NCBI GenBank assembly: GCA_027046625.1
Contig: JALTXX010000003.1
Span: 1 to 64,000, forward strand
Length of the DNA: 64,000 nt
Source of the DNA: Candidatus Micrarchaeota archaeon
GTDB lineage: Archaea > Iainarchaeota > Iainarchaeia > JAADDC01
Direction of reading: 5' to 3'
Shown here: positions 1-8,336 of the stretch, piece after piece
Position numbering within the stretch: the stretch's first letter is position 1
How the letters are laid out: each line of letters starts with the position of its first letter
The notes under the pieces: generated by a model
The model's database searches: none
What the model was told of the DNA's origin: nothing
The model's input: the letters and a program-made list of their open reading frames with translations, nothing else
Made by a program: the position numbers and the translations under genes

Positions 1-2046
1 ACCATATACCTCTACTACGGCAACCCCTCCGCAACCTCCGAATCCAACGGCTACCAAACCTTCCTCTTCTTCGACGACTTCGAAGGCAACACCCTTAACC
101 CTCAATGGGATTACAATGCGTTTCAGGGACAGGCAATAATGGGGGTTAGTGACGGATTTCTAAATATTTGGATATCCTTCTGGGGTTCGTCTTCTCTCTG
201 GATGGGTAAACACATATACTCCTCCTACAGCCTTCCAGCCTCAAACATTGCCATAGAAACAGTTACCTATAGAAGCAGCGGTTATTGTAACGGTGAACCT
301 GGGCCTAACATAGGTGTTGTAGAGAACTATCCTCCCAATATAGGACCCTACTACGGATTTCCTGATGATAATAGGATAACAATGTTTCCTAATTACTGTA
401 ATACCTCCTATGGTCATACAGTAGCTATAAGTGGGTTTATAGATGGTGTGAAATATCAAGATACAGGGACGGGCGCCAATGTATTCGAATTTGTCAGAAG
501 CACTCTTTACATCTATGACACAAACGTGTGGTACGAAGACAACAGAGGAATCTCCCTTTCTATTGCCCTTCCACGTAGGCTATCCTCTTTCTATCCATAT
601 CTTGGATACGGGGACTATCAATACTATAGGTATGCACTTTTTGACTTTGTGGCCTACAGAAGATTTGTATATCCAGAGCCCGTTCCTTCTGTAGGAGCCG
701 AGGAGAATAATCCACTATACGACCCTGTATATCTAAGTATTGCTTCTGTTTCCTATCCTAACATTACTACAAATTCTTCTGTGTACATTACAGTAGATAT
801 AAACACTAATACAAGCTTTAATTATAGGATCTACCTTGATGGAACGGTAAGCCAGTCCGGAACGTCTTCTAGTACTACACTAAACCTATCTGTAAATCTA
901 CCGCACTTCGGAGACAACAATGTATGTATAGAGATTTACAAGGGATCTATGAAGCGGATTGATTGTGTAAACATCAGGTACGTAGCTCCTTCCACAGCTT
1001 TGTGGCTATCGGGCTGGTCCTACAGAAAGCCTATAGACATAAACACTCCTATGAACTATCCAGCTGGGGTAGTTAAGCTTACTATTGATACCGCCTCTCT
1101 TATCTCATCCGGTAAGATGAATGCAGACTGCTCAGACATCAGATTCACCCTTGATGATGGAACCACCACCATCCCCTACTGGATAGAAAAGACATGTAAC
1201 ACTACAAACACTATCGTATGGGTAAAAGTGCCCTACTTCCCTGCAAGGATTTATATGTACTACGGCAACCCCTCCGCAACCTCCGAATCCAACGGCTACC
1301 AAACCTTCCTCTTCTTCGACGACTTCGAAGGAGGGCTATCCCCACTGGCTGGATGGCAGGACCTCTCTGTGGTGGATAATGTATGTTTTAACATGGGTCC
1401 CAGATCGCCCAATTATATAGAGACAGGTGGTTCTATTTCCTTCTCAGGGAGCTGGATAAACATTGTTGTGAGCGGATATGGACTCCATACTCTAAGGAGT
1501 AAACCTTTGGACATGAACGATGAGCTGAACTACGTATCCATTATAAGGGGGTCTGGAACCCCTGTAGGGGCAGAAAATACGGCACTGGTTGATATAGGTG
1601 TAATATCCGGATACTGTGGAAGAGAGAATCTAGGTTACTGGTATCCACTCTGGTTGGAGGCTAGGAGGGTTTTCTATGAGAGAACATCTAATGTAAGGAG
1701 AGAGACGGTATTCCATCCTGCGAGAACACCCCAGTGGGTACATCTAACAGCCTACAATTCTCAGGCAGGCGGTACCTATCAATCATGGTATGACTATATC
1801 GCCATTGACATGTATCCAACTTATACGCTTTCTATAGGGGCGGAAGAGACAAATGCGTCTCTATCACCAACAGTCTACTACACCCACAACCTCTCCTTCA
1901 GCGAGCCAAATCCAGACAGATACACATCCATCCTCTTCACCGGGGACCACAATACCGCAACCTTCTCTATCTCCAACACAATACCCCACCTCCACAACTC
2001 TCTCCTCAGGAGAAGCTTACGTAGGAAAGGTATCAGAATCGGGTAG
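1..2046 (+). CDS. DUF2341-family modular surface/S-layer-associated protein (5' partial; frameshifted near 1981)
   Basis: Frame is open from base 1. DUF2341-like motifs WSYRKPI, DCSDIRFT and YWIE..VWVKVP; YYGNPSATSESNGYQTFLFFDDFEG occurs twice. Confidence 0.75.
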   Translation, partial: TIYLYYGNPSATSESNGYQTFLFFDDFEGNTLNPQWDYNAFQGQAIMGVSDGFLNIWISFWGSSSLWMGKHIYSSYSLPASNIAIETVTYRSSGYCNGEPGPNIGVVENYPPNIGPYYGFPDDNRITMFPNYCNTSYGHTVAISGFIDGVKYQDTGTGANVFEFVRSTLYIYDTNVWYEDNRGISLSIALPRRLSSFYPYLGYGDYQYYRYALFDFVAYRRFVYPEPVPSVGAEENNPLYDPVYLSIASVSYPNITTNSSVYITVDINTNTSFNYRIYLDGTVSQSGTSSSTTLNLSVNLPHFGDNNVCIEIYKGSMKRIDCVNIRYVAPSTALWLSGWSYRKPIDINTPMNYPAGVVKLTIDTASLISSGKMNADCSDIRFTLDDGTTTIPYWIEKTCNTTNTIVWVKVPYFPARIYMYYGNPSATSESNGYQTFLFFDDFEGGLSPLAGWQDLSVVDNVCFNMGPRSPNYIETGGSISFSGSWINIVVSGYGLHTLRSKPLDMNDELNYVSIIRGSGTPVGAENTALVDIGVISGYCGRENLGYWYPLWLEARRVFYERTSNVRRETVFHPARTPQWVHLTAYNSQAGGTYQSWYDYIAIDMYPTYTLSIGAEETNASLSPTVYYTHNLSFSEPNPDRYTSILFTGDHNTATFSISNTIPHLHNSLLRRSLRRKGIRIG
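13..86 (+). repeat. 74-bp exact direct repeat, copy 1
   Basis: tactacggcaacccc...gacttcgaagg is identical to 1258-1331. Confidence 0.95.
1258..1331 (+). repeat. 74-bp exact direct repeat, copy 2
   Basis: Identical to 13-86. Confidence 0.95.
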
Positions 2047-2644
2047 ATTCAATTGTGCAGAGGTAAACATTCCAGATGCAAACTTTACCATCCCCTCCTC
2101 AAAGGATATCCTCATCTCCATAAGGTTCAGGGATCTCAACACAGGAAATCTACAGCCAAACAACGATTTCCACATTACTGAGGTAAACGGAGGGTATGTG
2201 ACAACGTTTTACAAGCCCTTTAGGTTAACACCTGGAAGTTGTAGCTTTACGTACAGAGTGGAAGGAAACCATTACATCATGGTAGAAGAGGGAAGCGATT
2301 GTCTTGATTGGATTTACGGAGTGTACAAGTGTGTGGAAGGAAATTACCTCTACATTGAGTGGAGGGATGGAGGACAGGTCTTCTACGCAATGCCAAGGTT
2401 CTTCCTTACGGTGGATTGGCGCTACCCACACTCTCTTTACTTTAGCCTAGATAGATGGGATAACAGCATAGCCTATCTTCACAACGGAGGAACAGGAGCG
2501 GGAAGTGGATACGTCTATATAACCGAGGATGAAAACATTTACATCGGAGATTTTAACGGCCCTGTGGTGGTGTTTGCTCACATATTGGATGAGTGGGCAG
2601 CTACCTATAATTTGTTTGCAGAGGCAAACATATATGTAACTTAA
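1982..2644 (+). CDS. Frameshifted C-terminal part of the DUF2341 surface protein
   Basis: Removing one A at about 1981 joins ...TFSISNT to YPTSTTLSSGEAYVGK...; the continuation has a beta-rich extracellular composition. Confidence 0.6.
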   Translation, partial: YPTSTTLSSGEAYVGKVSESGRFNCAEVNIPDANFTIPSSKDILISIRFRDLNTGNLQPNNDFHITEVNGGYVTTFYKPFRLTPGSCSFTYRVEGNHYIMVEEGSDCLDWIYGVYKCVEGNYLYIEWRDGGQVFYAMPRFFLTVDWRYPHSLYFSLDRWDNSIAYLHNGGTGAGSGYVYITEDENIYIGDFNGPVVVFAHILDEWAATYNLFAEANIYVT

Positions 2645-2654
2645 ATAGGGGTTT

Positions 2655-3230
2655 ATGTCTTCACATAGTGTGAGGAGAGAGGTTCTGTTACTAGCAATGG
2701 CTGCCTTTCTCTCCTACATGGCAGAGGCCCTATACTCTCCTATCTATGCAATCTATGTGGAACAGCTAGGAGGAGGTGCAAGGGAGGCTGGTATTGCGTG
2801 GGGAGCCTACATGCTAACCCTTGGAACCTCTGTGTTTGTTTTGAGTAGGGTAATAGATAGAATAAAACGTCATGTGTGGATTTTATATACAGGTTTCTTT
2901 GTGGCAGGTATTCTATCATTTTCGTACCTTCTCATCCAAAATGTGACCCAACTTATAATCCTACAAATACTTATGGGACTTACATGGGCAGCTACCAATC
3001 CTGTGTGGGATGTGTACTATTCTCTCTTTATGGATAGAAGGTATGCAGCATCTCAGTGGGGACTCTTCGAAGGAGGCAGCAGAATGGCAGTGGGGCTGGG
3101 TTCTATGTTAGGAGGGCTAATAGTGTCGGTCTTTGGATTTAAGGCAGTCTTTATACTTGCTGGTATGCTTAATGTAATCGCATCCGTGGCACTTTTCTTG
3201 CATAGAAAGGAGCTGGGGGTGGTATACTGA
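2655..3230 (+). CDS. Half-size (about 6 TM) MFS-like transporter
   Basis: 191 aa, hydrophobic; MFS motif-A-like SRVIDRIKR, and GSMLGGLIVSVFGFKAVF. Confidence 0.75.
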   Translation: MSSHSVRREVLLLAMAAFLSYMAEALYSPIYAIYVEQLGGGAREAGIAWGAYMLTLGTSVFVLSRVIDRIKRHVWILYTGFFVAGILSFSYLLIQNVTQLIILQILMGLTWAATNPVWDVYYSLFMDRRYAASQWGLFEGGSRMAVGLGSMLGGLIVSVFGFKAVFILAGMLNVIASVALFLHRKELGVVY

Positions 3231-3280
3231 AAGAAGAAAAAGAGCTAATATCACATCTTCTTCCAGAGAAAAGACCAGAG

Positions 3281-4003
3281 GTGTATAGAGATAGGGTGAG
3301 AATGGTGTGGGAGAACGTGAAAAGAACCCATTCATCCCTTCCAATGAAGAGGGTAACCCTGAGAAGGCTAAGAGAAATACTGAGAAAACATTTCCCTAAC
3401 CATGATAAAGCTGTTTTCTGGGGTCCCTATAAGGGGGCATGGATGGAGCTTTTCCAGAAGACCAGACACTTCAAGGAGATAGTGCCTGTAGATGCCTCCT
3501 GGTTTTACCTTGCACCTTATAGGCCAGTGCTAGATCCTTATAGCAAAAGGAGGAAAAAGCAATGGAACTCCATACAGGATGACATCCTTCATGGGGTGTG
3601 GGATCAATATGTAGACAAGAACTCCATTATACTGTCCTATGAGTTTACTCCCCTTACTTTTCTAGATCCTTCCCATGCTCTGAAGGCCTTAGTTAGATTA
3701 CTTTCCTTCCCTGGAAGTGTTCATATAGTAGAGGGCACATGGAAGGAGCCTCATGAAAAGATGAAAAAGGCGTTGAAAGCTATAGGAGTTAATTATAGGG
3801 TATACGAGATGCCTGCTATGTTTCCAGATGGAAGGGAAGCCAAAGTGAAGGCGTACATTATAAAACCAGATAGAGATATCCAGAGGAGGGCAAGAATCCT
3901 AGCAGGACTGACACGATCTACACCTCTCTCTAGAGAGGTTAGGATAGAGGATAGGAAAGCCCTTGAGATGGGATTAAAGCTATTGAATGCCATAAAAGAA
4001 TAG
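3281..4003 (+). CDS. Hypothetical protein, possibly a degenerate class I SAM-methyltransferase fold (start may be CTG at 3227)
   Basis: 240-aa ORF; VFWGPYKG, IVPVDAS and IQDDI are spaced like MTase motifs I-III. Confidence 0.55.
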   Translation: MYRDRVRMVWENVKRTHSSLPMKRVTLRRLREILRKHFPNHDKAVFWGPYKGAWMELFQKTRHFKEIVPVDASWFYLAPYRPVLDPYSKRRKKQWNSIQDDILHGVWDQYVDKNSIILSYEFTPLTFLDPSHALKALVRLLSFPGSVHIVEGTWKEPHEKMKKALKAIGVNYRVYEMPAMFPDGREAKVKAYIIKPDRDIQRRARILAGLTRSTPLSREVRIEDRKALEMGLKLLNAIKE

Positions 4004-4078
4004 GGCCCCGTGGCCCAGCCTGGACAGGGCGTCGGCTTTCGGAGCCGAAGGTCGGGGGTTCGAATCCCCCCGGGGCCG
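4004..4078 (+). tRNA. tRNA-Arg(TCG), intronless, CCA not encoded
   Basis: Acceptor stem GGCCCCG/CGGGGCC, D stem GCCC/GGGC, anticodon arm TCGGC-TT TCG GA-GCCGA, T arm GGGGG-TTCGAAT-CCCCC. Confidence 0.97.
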
Positions 4079-4088
4079 TGGTGATAGA

Positions 4089-4841
4089 ATGGATGTGAAA
4101 AGGTTCTATCTAAAGGAGTTTAAGGTGAAGGATGCTATAAAATTTGTCCTAAGACATGATGAAAATCCAGTGTTTGCCATAAAGATAAAGGATAATCCCC
4201 CTCCATATCTGAGGAAGTATAGAAGAAGGGGCATAAGCATCCTCTATCTTGGACCTCTTCTATCCTATTATAGCGCCCAAGAGATTAGAAAAATTTTTGC
4301 GCATATGGAGCCAGAGGGGGTATACTATTGGAGGAACAGGGTGAAGGACTATGATGTATGTAGAAGATGTCCTTACAAGAAGAGAAGAGACTATGTAAAG
4401 TGTTTTAGTTGTTCAAATTTCAGGGGGCAAGAACTAGCATTTGATATAGACTTTGATCGTGGAGTAGATTACGCAAAGAGGGGAAGGAATACTATAGAAA
4501 AAAGGTTACCTTTCAGGGAAAAGGTGAGTGTGTTTAGCGGAGGAGGATACCACGTACATGTGTTTGACGAGGAGGCGTACTATCTATCACTAGAAGAAAG
4601 AAAGTGGTACGCTCGTATATTTGAAAGATTTATAGATCCCTGGGTTACTGCTGGTAATGCCACTCTCATAAGGCTGCCATATACTTATAACCTACGAAGG
4701 ACGGCCCTTGTAATACCTCTCTACCACTCCTCATCCTCATCCCAGTCAAAGTCCTCATCTTCCTCGTCGAACCACTCCTCTTCCTCTTCCTCATCCCAGT
4801 CAAAGTCCTCCTCGGGCCACTCCTCCTCAAGCCCTTCGTAG
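4089..4841 (+). CDS. PriS-like archaeo-eukaryotic primase paralog
   Basis: AEP motifs ELAFDIDFD, SGGGYHVH and IDPWVT..LIRLP; CxxC..CxxC zinc motif. Confidence 0.8.
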   Translation: MDVKRFYLKEFKVKDAIKFVLRHDENPVFAIKIKDNPPPYLRKYRRRGISILYLGPLLSYYSAQEIRKIFAHMEPEGVYYWRNRVKDYDVCRRCPYKKRRDYVKCFSCSNFRGQELAFDIDFDRGVDYAKRGRNTIEKRLPFREKVSVFSGGGYHVHVFDEEAYYLSLEERKWYARIFERFIDPWVTAGNATLIRLPYTYNLRRTALVIPLYHSSSSSQSKSSSSSSNHSSSSSSSQSKSSSGHSSSSPS

Positions 4842-4891
4842 TATTCCTCTTCCTTCTTCTTTTTCTTCTCCTCTTCCTTTGTGGGTGCCAT
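4721..4891 (-). CDS. 56-aa acidic, Trp/Phe-rich micro-protein (not in ORF track)
   Basis: ATG 4891 to TAG 4721: MAPTKEEEKKKKKEEEYYEGLEEEWPEEDFDWDEEEEEEWFDEEDEDFDWDEDEEW; purine-rich coding strand as in other genes here. Confidence 0.7.
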   Translation of the reverse strand: MAPTKEEEKKKKKEEEYYEGLEEEWPEEDFDWDEEEEEEWFDEEDEDFDWDEDEEW

Positions 4892-4956
4892 GCTTTTACC
4901 TATAAAACAACGCTTAAAAACAATACAGAGCCACCTTTAAATAGGGAAGCCACCTA

Positions 4957-5658
4957 ATGATTTTTATGTCTTTGCTGAAGCTGGCAAAGGGAGCAGCAAA
5001 GGATCTTATAGACCCAGTAATATTGCTATCTGCGCTTCTTTTTGGCTATCTATCCTATATGATGGCCGATGCTCTTACATTTCCTATGGCATTATTTCTT
5101 GAGGAATATATGGCATCCTATTCTATAGGAAGAGCTTTTTGGGCAGCCATATTTTCGATGGACGTTATCTCATGGCTGGCATTGGTAGCTCAGTTTATTA
5201 TAGGAGTATATTTAGCTTCTCTTATTGTTTTGAGGGTATATTACCGGGAGAAGGGAGAGAAGGTGAATGTGTTTGTGGAAGCTTGGAAAAAATGGGTCCA
5301 CGCATTTTTAGGACTCATTCTTCTCTTATCCGTGCCCTTTGTTCTATTCTTTGTATCCTTTTCTAACTCATCTCTCTGGTGGATAAATATCCTCTCCCTT
5401 CTCTGGGTAGGGGTGTGGTTGCCCGTGCTTTCTGCTTTGGTTGTGTACAAGGGCAGAGGCAGAGACAGAGTATATGAAGGATTACTGGCAGGAAGGGTTA
5501 CATGGTGGAAGATCATAGTGATTCTCATTGTGTTTGGCCTCTTCTTCGGGGTGCTAACGTTGTATCTTCCATTCATAGGGTGGGTGTGGGAGACGCTGAT
5601 GGGAGCGGTGCTCTATATTGTTTCGGCGAGGAGCCTCCTCCTCTTTGAGGGTGAATAG
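4957..5658 (+). CDS. Multi-pass membrane protein of unknown function
   Basis: 233 aa, about 6 hydrophobic segments. Confidence 0.7.
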   Translation: MIFMSLLKLAKGAAKDLIDPVILLSALLFGYLSYMMADALTFPMALFLEEYMASYSIGRAFWAAIFSMDVISWLALVAQFIIGVYLASLIVLRVYYREKGEKVNVFVEAWKKWVHAFLGLILLLSVPFVLFFVSFSNSSLWWINILSLLWVGVWLPVLSALVVYKGRGRDRVYEGLLAGRVTWWKIIVILIVFGLFFGVLTLYLPFIGWVWETLMGAVLYIVSARSLLLFEGE

Positions 5659-5659
5659 T

Positions 5660-7852
5660 ATGGAACGTATCTTTAACAATATGAAGGAAAGCAGACACAG
5701 GAGACTGTTCTTTGTGGCTGGTGAGGGAAGGGAGGTTGTGGATAAAACATCCGAAATACTTAGGATGGCTGAGGATAGTCTAGGAACAAAAGAGTTTTTG
5801 TACATGGCAGAGTTTCCTGAATATTCTACGGGTGATGAAGAACGGTATGCCATGCTATCTGATGAGTTTAAGCTAAGAAGGTATCCATATGCGAGGGGGA
5901 AGGAAATACTAGGCAAAACCTTCGAAGGACTCATTCTAGATGCACACGAAAACTTCCCTGCAAGGGAGGTAGGTATTTCCATAGAAACGGTTAGAGGACC
6001 GGGAGTAATAATAGTAATGATGCCGCCTATAGAGGAGTGGCTGAAAAGGAAGCTATTCCTGCATAAGCAGTACGTAGTTACACCGCCATATAGGTTAGAA
6101 GATTGCAGGAATGTATATCAGAAGCGAGTGATAAAGAAGGCCATTGAACTTCCGGGTATTTATATTTGGGAAAAAGAGCTATCCGGAAAGGAACCCGAGA
6201 CTAAGAAGGAGAGGAGAAAAAGGATAAAGATAAAGGAGGGGAGATTTCCCCAAGAGCTGTATAAGATGGCCTACACAGAAGATCAGTATAATGTTCTTAG
6301 ACGGTTAGAGGAGACGGAGGATGAAGCCGTTGTAATATTGGCAAACAGGGGAAGGGGCAAGTCAGCAGTGCTGGGTTTGTATATAGCTGGACTGGGGTCC
6401 CTGGGGGAGAAGAAGAAAATCGTTGTTACAGCCCCTACGGAGGACAGTGTTGACGAACTGTTTAAGTTCATAAGGTTAGGAGGGGAAAAAGTAGGTATCA
6501 AGGTTAGAGGAAGTAGAAGGAAGTTGAAGGTAGGATCAGCCAAGGTGCTTTTCAGAGAGCCATTGGAGGTAATGGGGTTAAAGGGAGACATACTTGTTGT
6601 GGATGAAGCTGCAGGTATCTATGTTTCCATCCTTAAGGAATATCTAGACAGGTTTGATACCCAGATTTACTCTACTACAGTGCATGGATATGAGGGGACA
6701 GGTAGACTATTCCAGTATAGATTTTTACCCTCCCTAAAGGAGAAGAAGAAGGTAGAGATCCTTAGAATGTCCGAGCCTATACGATATGGGACTGACGATC
6801 CTGTAGAGAGATGGTTGTACGAGGTGTATCTACTTGATGCAGAGCCTGCAAAGGTAAAGGATGTAAAAGGTTTGTCCTTTGAAAGACGGGATATAGAGTC
6901 GTTATTTTTGAGGGATGAAAACATCTTGAAGGAGTATATAGGTATATACGTGTTTGCACACTACAGGAACAATCCGAGAGATATAACAATACTGGCTGAT
7001 GCACCCAATCAAAGGGCTTATATGGTATTTGGAGACAAACATGTGGTATCCTCTCTCCAGGTAGCGGAGGAGGGCGGACTGGGAGATGAGGATATTTACA
7101 GATTCTTGGAGGGGGATATCGTCTATGGCAACATCATACCTGATATCTTTGTGAGATACTATGAGTTTGCAGAGTTTGCGAGGGAGAAGGGTCTGAGAAT
7201 TGTAAGAATAGCCACACATCCAGATTTACAAGGAAGAGGTATTGGTAGTTTTGCCCTGAAGAGTTTGGAAAGTGAAGCAAAGAAGGAGGGAATGGCTTGG
7301 ACGGGTGCTGGTTTTGGGGCCTCCTATGAGGTGGTGAGGTTCTGGAAGAAGAACGGGTATACCATGGTGCACGTTTCTCCCAAGAGAAATCCTGCAAGTG
7401 GTGAATATACTACCATCTTTGTAAAACCTCTCAAGGAGAAGATCAAAAGATACATAAATATTGCGAATATGGTGGCAAGGAGACGGTTGTTAGAGGAAAT
7501 GGACAACTATTACAGTGGTATGGAGCCCTCTGTTGCGGTAGAGTTGCTAACATCGGGAAGGAAGATAAAGATGGAGCCTGATATAACAGAGGCAGAGATG
7601 GTGAAGCTGAGGAGGTATATAGAAGGGTATTTAAACTATGATACGGTGTCAGATATTGTAAAAAGAATTGTAACATGGTACTTTATGGCGGATGGAGAGA
7701 CTCTGCCCCAGACGGATGCTATGTTTCTGGTAGAAAAGGTGTTAAAGAAAAAGAACTGGACGAGGGCAGCAAAAACATTTAATATGGAACCGTCCAAATT
7801 CTCAAAGAAGTTTGATAGTATTGTAGAGAGGTTGTATGAGGTGATTCGTTGA
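5660..7852 (+). CDS. tmcA: RNA cytidine N4-acetyltransferase TmcA/Nat10
   Basis: ANRGRGKSA, VVDEAAGI, STTVHGYEGTGR, PIRYGTDDPVE, HYRNNPRD and GNAT motif RIVRIATHPDLQGRGIGS. Confidence 0.95.
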   Translation: MERIFNNMKESRHRRLFFVAGEGREVVDKTSEILRMAEDSLGTKEFLYMAEFPEYSTGDEERYAMLSDEFKLRRYPYARGKEILGKTFEGLILDAHENFPAREVGISIETVRGPGVIIVMMPPIEEWLKRKLFLHKQYVVTPPYRLEDCRNVYQKRVIKKAIELPGIYIWEKELSGKEPETKKERRKRIKIKEGRFPQELYKMAYTEDQYNVLRRLEETEDEAVVILANRGRGKSAVLGLYIAGLGSLGEKKKIVVTAPTEDSVDELFKFIRLGGEKVGIKVRGSRRKLKVGSAKVLFREPLEVMGLKGDILVVDEAAGIYVSILKEYLDRFDTQIYSTTVHGYEGTGRLFQYRFLPSLKEKKKVEILRMSEPIRYGTDDPVERWLYEVYLLDAEPAKVKDVKGLSFERRDIESLFLRDENILKEYIGIYVFAHYRNNPRDITILADAPNQRAYMVFGDKHVVSSLQVAEEGGLGDEDIYRFLEGDIVYGNIIPDIFVRYYEFAEFAREKGLRIVRIATHPDLQGRGIGSFALKSLESEAKKEGMAWTGAGFGASYEVVRFWKKNGYTMVHVSPKRNPASGEYTTIFVKPLKEKIKRYINIANMVARRRLLEEMDNYYSGMEPSVAVELLTSGRKIKMEPDITEAEMVKLRRYIEGYLNYDTVSDIVKRIVTWYFMADGETLPQTDAMFLVEKVLKKKNWTRAAKTFNMEPSKFSKKFDSIVERLYEVIR

Positions 7853-8157
7853 GACTTCACCTTGATCCCCGATTTGTAAGGGATGTATTGAGGGGCAGAA
7901 AGAAAGCCACCGTAAGGTTAGGGAAGAGGGACGTAAAACCTGGGGATGTGGTATTTCTTACATCGGATAGAGGCCCCTTCGCTAAGGCAGTGATCATAAA
8001 GGTTAAGAGAACACCCCTGAAAAAGTTAACAAAAGAAGAAATAAGAAGGGAAGGATCAAGGAGTTTGGGGGAGCTGCTTGAAACATTGAGACACTTTTAC
8101 CCTGGTATTACGGAGGATACTGAAGTTACCTATATTGAATGGAAGTTGGTTAGATAG
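7849..8157 (+). CDS. ASCH-domain protein
   Basis: GRKKATVR signature and EEIRREG..L..FY motif; TTG start overlaps the tmcA stop. Confidence 0.9.
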   Translation: MRLHLDPRFVRDVLRGRKKATVRLGKRDVKPGDVVFLTSDRGPFAKAVIIKVKRTPLKKLTKEEIRREGSRSLGELLETLRHFYPGITEDTEVTYIEWKLVR

Positions 8158-8278
8158 ATTCTATACCAAGTTCCATGTGCTTTATTCCTTCTAGGCGGGC
8201 GCTGACGTCTATGAGGAGGTTCCTTTCTCTCTTTCCCCCTACCATAGCCAGTGTAACCAATCTATCTATCTCCTCCAT
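8150..8278 (-). CDS. Small hypothetical protein (42 aa)
   Basis: MEEIDRLVTLAMVGGKRERNLL...; TATA-like element about 25 nt upstream. Confidence 0.4.
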   Translation of the reverse strand: MEEIDRLVTLAMVGGKRERNLLIDVSARLEGIKHMELGIESI

Positions 8279-8336
8279 GGGGGTATGAGGCAGGGAGGAT
8301 TTTAAGTTTTGCGGAAGTGTATATTTCCGGTAACCC

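Noticed and set aside
13-1331. 74-bp repeat as a DGR template/variable repeat pair
   Set aside because: The copies are identical with no adenine-specific mismatches, both are in frame in one gene, and there is no reverse transcriptase in the window.
4004-4078. tRNA-Arg as the attachment site of an integrated element
   Set aside because: No duplicated tRNA end, integrase or cargo seen within the window.
4724-4841. Poly-Ser tail of the primase paralog as a functional low-complexity domain
   Set aside because: More simply the antisense shadow of the acidic micro-protein.
8158-8336. Replication origin upstream of cdc6
   Set aside because: No repeated ORB motifs with G-strings or AT-rich unwinding element; most of the space is taken by a small ORF.
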